Shown here in pieces: positions 7,500 to 12,851 of a DNA stretch of 12,851 bases. The notes below the pieces were generated by a model. The model worked only from the letters and a program-made list of their open reading frames with translations, did not search any database and was not told the origin of the DNA. Position 1 is the stretch's first letter. Every line of letters starts with the position of its first letter. Both the position numbers and the translations under genes were made by a program. Source of the DNA: Candidatus Methylomirabilis sp. (GTDB taxonomy: Bacteria > Methylomirabilota > Methylomirabilia > Methylomirabilales > Methylomirabilaceae). The stretch spans positions 1 to 12,851 of the forward strand of contig JBGQJI010000067.1 of the NCBI GenBank assembly GCA_041498975.1. Direction: 5' to 3'.

Positions 7500-8347
7500 T
7501 GACCCGTCAGACGCTGGAGCGACTTCGAGATACCACGTTTCGGCGACTCCCCCGGCTTAGGGTCCGTGGCGAGCGCTCGGCCCTGGCCTTCATCAATGAG
7601 GTGGGCTTCTGTTCCACCTTCCATCGAGTTCGCGAACCGCTCCCTTGTCTCTGGGTGGCAGTTTGCGGGCGTCGTAACCCGCGCTTTCCAAAACATACGC
7701 ATAGCGATCCTCACGTCGGACTCACGTGGCTGCTCAAGGACGTGCTGCCGGCGAAGAAACGGGTCTATTACGGCAAATTGCTGAAGGGACGGCCGACCCT
7801 CGTCTCCCTCTCCTGCTTCCCCGCTTTCTTTCGGCTCATACGCGGGAACAAGGGGAGTGGTGATTATCTCAGTGATTACCGGGCCGGACATCTCAGCAGA
7901 ACGGCAAAGACGGTGATGGATGCACTCCTGGAGAGCGCTCCGCAGTATACCCGCGACCTGCGAGCGGCCTGCCGCCTCAGGGCGCCAGAGCAGACCCAGG
8001 AGTTCGAGCGGGCGATCGGGGAGCTACAGCGCGGCCTCTGGATCGTGAAGACGGAGGAACGCTACGACCCTTCGTTCAGCTACCGGTGGGACCTGCTGGA
8101 TCACTGGTTAGAGGAGCAAGTCAAGGCTGCAGAGAAGCTCGATCGGGTGGAGGCGATGTACCATCTCGTCAGGACGCATATGGGAGCCGTCCATTACAGC
8201 CGGGTCGATCTCATCGCCGGACTCTTGAACCTGCCGGCCGTCGAAGTCACGGCGGGCCTCGATCGCCTCATCTCGGAGCATCGTGCGGTCCCCGATCAGC
8301 CGGTGAGTGGACTCCCCGGGCGGTGGATCATCCGGTGCCTGTCCTGA
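7499..8347 (+). CDS. AlkZ-related / winged-helix (HTH_42-like) putative DNA-binding or repair protein (282 aa)
   Basis: ATG 7499 overlaps the nfi stop (TGATG) and has AGGAGG upstream. Pattern A..FINEVGF...PCLW...WLLKD.LP...RVYYGK..KGRPTLVS and a later helix-turn-helix-like segment (TRDLR...FERAIGELQRGLWIV) recall AlkZ-related proteins. Family call is from memory. Confidence 0.65.
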   Translation: MTRQTLERLRDTTFRRLPRLRVRGERSALAFINEVGFCSTFHRVREPLPCLWVAVCGRRNPRFPKHTHSDPHVGLTWLLKDVLPAKKRVYYGKLLKGRPTLVSLSCFPAFFRLIRGNKGSGDYLSDYRAGHLSRTAKTVMDALLESAPQYTRDLRAACRLRAPEQTQEFERAIGELQRGLWIVKTEERYDPSFSYRWDLLDHWLEEQVKAAEKLDRVEAMYHLVRTHMGAVHYSRVDLIAGLLNLPAVEVTAGLDRLISEHRAVPDQPVSGLPGRWIIRCLS

Positions 8348-8392
8348 GCTGTGTCGAAGGACCTGTCCTGAGTCCTGAGCGGAGCCGAAGGA
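8338..8392 (+). repeat. Tandem/nested short repeats of the (CCTG)TCCTGAGC-N-(T/C)CGAAGGA type
   Basis: CCTGTCCTGAGCTGTGTCGAAGGA (8338-8361), CCTGTCCTGAG (8362-8372), TCCTGAGCGGAGCCGAAGGA (8373-8392). The first unit contains the TGA stop of the upstream CDS. Confidence 0.8.
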
Positions 8393-8478
8393 TTGAAGCG
8401 GGCCCGCCGGGTCGCCAGTGATTGCTGGCATAGGACGCCGGACCAGAGGGGGGATGGGAAGGTGACAGAGGAGGCGGG

Positions 8479-9249
8479 ATGGAGTTAGGGCTGCGCGGCA
8501 AGGTGGCCATGGTGACCGGCGGCAGCCGGGGAATAGGCAAGGCGATCGCCCTTGGCTTTGCCGAGGAGGGGTGCCACCTGAGCATCTGCGCGAGGGCCGC
8601 CGCAGCGCTTGAGCAAGCGGCCGAGGCGCTTACAACGCATGGGGTCGAGGTCCTCACAGTCCCCGCCGACCTGACCGAGTCTGATGCCGCCCAGCGGTTT
8701 GTGCGGGCGACCCTCGACCGCTTTGGCCGGATCGATGTCCTGGTGAACAGCGTCGGTGGATCGCGCCGGGGGGAGCTGGAGGCTTTGTCGGAACAGGATT
8801 GGCGAGACGTGTACGAGCTGAACTTCTTCTCGACCCTGCGGATGGCCCGGCTGGTGGCGCCGGTCATGAAGCGGCAGGGTGGTGGACGGATCATCAACAT
8901 CGCCTCGATCTGGGGGAGAGAGTCGGGAGGGGCGATGACCTATAACGCGTCCAAGGCAGCAGTGATCAGCCTCTCCAAGGCGTTAGCCAAGGAACTGGCC
9001 CCCCACGGTGTCCTCGTCAACAGCGTGGCGCCCGGCTCCACCCTTTTTCCTGGCGGTTCGTGGGATAGGCGACAGCGGGAGGAGCCAATCCAGATCGCGC
9101 AGTTCATCAAGGACGAGCTGCCACTGGGCAGATTTGGCCGCCCCGAGGAGGTCGCCGCTGTAGTGGTCTTCCTCGCATCCGAACGCGCCAGCCTGATTAC
9201 CGGGGCGTGCGTCACGGTCGATGGTTGTCAGTCCCGTTCGCTTATCTGA
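8479..9249 (+). CDS. Classical short-chain dehydrogenase/reductase (FabG-like family; substrate unknown)
   Basis: TGGSRGIG Rossmann motif, RIINIAS, catalytic YNASK, NSVAPG, PLGRFGRPEEVA. SD GGAGG upstream. Confidence 0.92.
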   Translation: MELGLRGKVAMVTGGSRGIGKAIALGFAEEGCHLSICARAAAALEQAAEALTTHGVEVLTVPADLTESDAAQRFVRATLDRFGRIDVLVNSVGGSRRGELEALSEQDWRDVYELNFFSTLRMARLVAPVMKRQGGGRIINIASIWGRESGGAMTYNASKAAVISLSKALAKELAPHGVLVNSVAPGSTLFPGGSWDRRQREEPIQIAQFIKDELPLGRFGRPEEVAAVVVFLASERASLITGACVTVDGCQSRSLI

Positions 9250-9262
9250 TCGACGACGAGAT

Positions 9263-9679
9263 TCATGAATCCGTGTGGGCCGTCTCATGATCGGTTGACT
9301 CCGCAATAAGCCGGCGTATGACCGATGTCAAGTGGCCGGGCTCTACGGGCTTTTCCAGGTACAGAGTGGCTCCGCGCTTCAGCGCGGTTATTCGGAGTTG
9401 CTCATCGCTTTGCCCCGTCACCAGCACCACGGGCACCTTGGGGTTGAAGACTCGCAGCAACGGGATGAGATCCAATCCGTTCAGGGAATTCTTTCCAGTT
9501 CGTGAGAGGAAGATGTCCACAATGGCTAGGTCAAACAACTCCTCTCTCATCAGATAGAGCGCTTCCAACCAGTCGCTGACTCCCTCGGCGTCATACCCTA
9601 TCGACCTCATCAATTGCTGAAGGCCGATCCGGGCCTGGAGGTCGTCCTCGACGATCAGTATCCTCTTCCGCGTCTTCAT
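9263..9679 (-). CDS. Stand-alone response regulator receiver (CheY-like) protein (~138 aa)
   Basis: ILIVEDD, DLAIVD (phospho-acceptor Asp), GLDLI, VVLVTG, YLEKP. No output domain. Start uncertain (9679 or 9709). Confidence 0.9.
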   Translation of the reverse strand: MKTRKRILIVEDDLQARIGLQQLMRSIGYDAEGVSDWLEALYLMREELFDLAIVDIFLSRTGKNSLNGLDLIPLLRVFNPKVPVVLVTGQSDEQLRITALKRGATLYLEKPVEPGHLTSVIRRLIAESTDHETAHTDS

Positions 9680-9787
9680 GCTGAGCTGGCTAGCCTGTCC
9701 TCCCCCCATTCGGTCATTTCAGGACGATACGAGAAGGTGGCGCCCGACCACAGACCGTTCCCACTCAACGGTCATCGGTCATCCACT

Positions 9788-9804
9788 ATCAAGGCCGGTG
9801 CCAA
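9788..9804 (-). promoter_or_regulatory. Sigma54 (-24/-12) type promoter facing the receiver gene
   Basis: Minus strand reads TTGGCAC-CGGCC-TTGAT. The -24 box and spacing are perfect; -12 is GA rather than GC. Confidence 0.55.
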
Positions 9805-10117
9805 GACCGGCAGATCGCCGTAACCCCTTGCCAGTACATGATTCCTTACTTCCACACTGCGATCTCTGTCGCTGAAACCTCCTCAAAAGAATTGTAATTC
9901 TTATATAGGCTCCATTTCCTTGATGTCTGGCGTAAACCATCGCCGACCATAGTTTTCTCCGCTTTGACACTTCTTCAGTTCCCCATCTGGTGGAGAAGAA
10001 TTTACCGCGGTCTAGTGGCATTGCAGCTCTATTTGGATCAGCGCATCTGGGAAAAAAGTGGCGATAAAGTGCTGTTCTTCCAGGCACTTAGGGCGCCATC
10101 GCATCGCAGCCTCTAAG

Positions 10118-10134
10118 TTGGTATGGCTGTTGCT
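10118..10134 (+). promoter_or_regulatory. Sigma54 (-24/-12) type promoter facing the 10227/10480 ORFs
   Basis: TTGGTAT-GGCTG-TTGCT, with GG (10120-10121)-N10-GC (10132-10133). Confidence 0.6.
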
Positions 10135-10226
10135 CAAAGGGCTCGTAGGGATCGACTCAACATCTGCCTTACCACGGCGCGGCAAAACTCGCCCAGGTGG
10201 ATGACGGGGAAGAGGAAATGGGTCGG

Positions 10227-10355
10227 ATGAATATCAAACGCGAGGCCACCTGGATGTTTGTGCCCTGGTTGGCTATGGCGCCCTTTTTCGTCAGGGAGAA
10301 GGGTGCGATCGCCAGCATCGCAATAGGAATGGGATACGGATGGGGCGCGGGATGA
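10227..10355 (+). CDS. Possible 42-aa hydrophobic small protein (MNIKREATWMFVPWLAMAPFFVREKGAIASIAIGMGYGWGAG)
   Basis: Open frame read by hand. GAGGA at 10212-10216, in-frame alternative ATG at 10218. It lies just downstream of the sigma54-like promoter and is below the ORF-track size cutoff. Confidence 0.25.
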   Translation: MNIKREATWMFVPWLAMAPFFVREKGAIASIAIGMGYGWGAG

Positions 10356-10479
10356 TCTTTTTTGGCCGTCCCCGAAGGCCCCATCGTGCGGGGCGCAATC
10401 TGGGCCGCGGGGGCGGATCGGAGGCGGACAAGGTGCTCGAAGATGATCCAACGCACAGCAGAAAGGAAGGAGGGCGCGA

Positions 10480-10914
10480 ATGCACGCTTTGGTTGATGAA
10501 CGGGAAGACCTGAAAATGCTGGCAGACCGTGTGGCATTGCTGTCTGCTCTACTGCACCCGCGCCGGGGAGTCTCGGCGGACACCCAGCCCCTCCGGGGGA
10601 GCTTGACAATCACCGCCGAGGTGGCCGCAGAGCCGGTGGGGGCCACGGTGGTCGATAGTCGCGACTTCGAGGAAGGCATCATGAAACAAGCGCTTCCTCT
10701 TACCATGCCGGTGTCCATGCATGTGGACAACGGGGACTTGAGCGGAGGATGCGATACCCTCTTGACGCTGACGAATACCACAAATCGCCCGTTCAACAAC
10801 ATTACGCTGACGCTCCGCGACGCCGGCCGGAAGGCCACGCTTCTCACTAAGACCATCAGCCTTGATGCCCACGACACCATCGTGCTTTTCCTCTCGGACC
10901 TGCTGCCGGAGTGA
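10480..10914 (+). CDS. Hypothetical protein (144 aa), C-terminal half beta-strand-rich
   Basis: AGGAGG 6 nt before ATG 10480. C-terminal alternating pattern TLLTLTNTT...ITLTLRDAG...TISLDAHDTIVLFLSDLL suggests a beta-sandwich. Confidence 0.7.
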   Translation: MHALVDEREDLKMLADRVALLSALLHPRRGVSADTQPLRGSLTITAEVAAEPVGATVVDSRDFEEGIMKQALPLTMPVSMHVDNGDLSGGCDTLLTLTNTTNRPFNNITLTLRDAGRKATLLTKTISLDAHDTIVLFLSDLLPE

Positions 10915-11074
10915 CACGAGCCCCGTGCTCCGGGGGCGCCGAAGGAGAGCGGTAAGGCCTCAGGGCAGTCCCAGATGCCAAGAGGTAAACCAAACAGGCG
11001 GCGGGTGGAATGATGGCCCGTGCCTCCCCACCTCTCTTCTCTCTAACTCTTCTTCACGAAGCATAGGGATATAG

Positions 11075-12851
11075 ATGGCATCCTTTGCTCGGGTGACGAT
11101 TGTCCTCGGGACTGTCCTCCTTCTCGTATTGGGCTTGGCTGCCGCCTGGGCCGTCTGGCAGACCGTCGTCAGCGGCGCACTCGACACTCGCCTGATCATG
11201 TACGCCGATGGGGCGGGGGAGCCGGTGGCGGTCTTCAACGGGATGGCCTTCGAGATGCGCGACGACCGCCCACTCAGCGACTACCCGCCCCTGTTAATCG
11301 AGGCCGTTCTGCTTATGGAGGATCGCCGCTTCTACCGGCATCGCGGCGTGGACCTGCAGGCTATTATAAGGGCCGCGTGGTGGAACACGCGGCATGGGAG
11401 CATCGCGCAGGGTGGCAGCACCCTGACCCAGCAACTGGCCCGTTCCCGCTATCTCACTCGCGAGCCCACGTTCTCCCGCAAAGTCAAAGAAGCAGCCCTC
11501 GCCCTGGCCCTGGAGGCCACCCTTTCCAAGCGAGAGATCCTTGAGCGATACCTGAACGAGGTCTATCTAGGGCAACAAGGGACGCTCGAGGTGCACGGGA
11601 TGGCAGCCGCCTCGCGATTCTACCTGGGCAAAGAACCCGGCGCGCTTCGTCCCGCTGAGGCGGCATTGCTGGTCGGCCTGATCCGGTCGCCCAATACGGC
11701 CTCGCCTCTCGTCTCTCCGCGACGCGCCCGCAAGCGTCGGGACTTGGTCCTTCGGCGGCTCCGTGAAGAGGGCAGACTGGTCGAGGCCGACTACCGTCGT
11801 GCTTTGAAGGAGCCCATACCTCTGGCGAAGAAGCCGCCTATGGAGGCGTCGCATTTCTTGGAGTTCGTTCGAAAGGAGGTCGAGACAAAGCTCTCCGCTC
11901 GCGCCAGGATTGGGACGCTGAAGGTCTTCACCACCCTTGACTTGACGAGCCAGCGCGTAGCCCAACAGGCTGTACTGCAGGGGTTGTCCAGGCTGGATGG
12001 TAGGCAGAGGAGAGGGGCGGACGATAAGGTGGAAGGGGCTCTGGTGGCGATAGACGCGCAGAGTGGGGAGATCAGGGCCATGATCGGCGGGAGGAGCTAT
12101 CGCAGGAGCCAGTTCAACCGGGCCGTCCAGGCCCGGCGACAGCCGGGCTCTCTCTTCAAGCCGTTTGTCTATCTCGCCGCGTTTGAGGCGGGACGTGGAA
12201 TCGGGAGCCCGCCGATCACCCCCGCAACCATCGTGGAAGACCGTCCCCTGGCAGTGGCGGTCGGGAATGAGCGGTGGATGCCCAGGAACTTCGAAGGCCG
12301 CTATCACGGGAAGGTCCGGGTCCGCGAGGCGTTGGAGCGATCCTTGAACGCCGCCACCGTTGCCGTTGGGGAGCAGGTCGGATTGAGTCGCGTGATAGAT
12401 CAAGCCAGGGCTTCCGGGATCGAAAGCCGGCTTCAACCGGGGCCAGCGACGCTGCTGGGCGCCTCAGAGGTCAGCCTGCTGGAGATCACCGCGGCCTACG
12501 GCACCTTCGCCAGGGGAGGGGAGTGGATCAAACCGCGCGCGATCAGGAAGGTCGTGGATGGGCGGGGTAAGGTGCTCTTCGAAGAGAAGCTGCAGGTGCG
12601 GCGGGCGGCCTCGCCTCAGGCAGCCTTCCTGGTGACGTCGCTCCTGCAAGGCGCGATCGATCGCGGCACCGCCGCCCCGGCGCGCCGCCTCGGTTTGGCC
12701 AGGCCCGCCGCCGGCAAGACCGGGACCAGCAACGACCTGAGGGATGCCTGGTTCGTGGGCTACACCCCCGATCTGGTGGCTGGTGTCTGGGTGGGCTATG
12801 ACCAGGAACGTTCGCTTGGGTCGAGCGGTACGGGTGGCCAGGCCGCGGCCC
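11075..12851 (+). CDS. Class A bifunctional penicillin-binding protein (transglycosylase/transpeptidase, PBP1A/1B family), 3' truncated by the window
   Basis: Hand translation from ATG 11075: N-terminal TM anchor; GT51 motifs EDRRFYRHRGVD, GGSTLTQQL, RKVKE, KREILERYLN; transpeptidase motifs RQPGSLFK (SxxK), SLN (SxN), GKTGT; DAWFVGYTP. No stop before the window end, hence absent from the ORF track. Confidence 0.95.
   Translation, partial: MASFARVTIVLGTVLLLVLGLAAAWAVWQTVVSGALDTRLIMYADGAGEPVAVFNGMAFEMRDDRPLSDYPPLLIEAVLLMEDRRFYRHRGVDLQAIIRAAWWNTRHGSIAQGGSTLTQQLARSRYLTREPTFSRKVKEAALALALEATLSKREILERYLNEVYLGQQGTLEVHGMAAASRFYLGKEPGALRPAEAALLVGLIRSPNTASPLVSPRRARKRRDLVLRRLREEGRLVEADYRRALKEPIPLAKKPPMEASHFLEFVRKEVETKLSARARIGTLKVFTTLDLTSQRVAQQAVLQGLSRLDGRQRRGADDKVEGALVAIDAQSGEIRAMIGGRSYRRSQFNRAVQARRQPGSLFKPFVYLAAFEAGRGIGSPPITPATIVEDRPLAVAVGNERWMPRNFEGRYHGKVRVREALERSLNAATVAVGEQVGLSRVIDQARASGIESRLQPGPATLLGASEVSLLEITAAYGTFARGGEWIKPRAIRKVVDGRGKVLFEEKLQVRRAASPQAAFLVTSLLQGAIDRGTAAPARRLGLARPAAGKTGTSNDLRDAWFVGYTPDLVAGVWVGYDQERSLGSSGTGGQAAA

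Noticed and set aside
8338..8392. Mini CRISPR array
   Set aside because: The units abut or nest with no unique spacers, they are degenerate, and no cas genes are present.
9260..9271. 12-nt palindrome GATTCATGAATC over the receiver-gene stop, between convergent genes
   Set aside because: Too short and AT-rich, with no loop or U-tract, to call a bidirectional terminator; may be chance.

Overview
GC-rich bacterial chromosomal region that is mostly housekeeping. From left to right: a small secreted Gly/His/Tyr/Pro-rich protein (minus strand), a possible 82-aa divergent ORF, and a split-P-protein glycine cleavage operon (gcvT-gcvH-gcvPA-gcvPB). Next come a translationally coupled unit thiD-nfi (endonuclease V)-AlkZ-related winged-helix protein with its own sigma70-type promoter, a classical SDR, and a convergent stand-alone receiver (CheY-like) protein. 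An AT-richer spacer then carries two divergent sigma54-type promoters, followed by a 144-aa hypothetical protein and a class A penicillin-binding protein that runs off the window (missed by the ORF track). No CRISPR array, tRNA/rRNA or intact transposase is seen. The most interesting points are: (i) the coupled thiD-nfi-AlkZ-like operon; (ii) a gcvT leader with no canonical glycine riboswitch but with a hairpin that buries the RBS and AUG; (iii) a glycine-aptamer-like stretch plus hairpin ahead of the PBP gene; (iv) a divergent sigma54 module; (v) several distinct short palindromic or heptamer repeat types in the intergenic spacers, one of which supplies a stop codon. All family calls are from motif recognition by eye; no searches were run.
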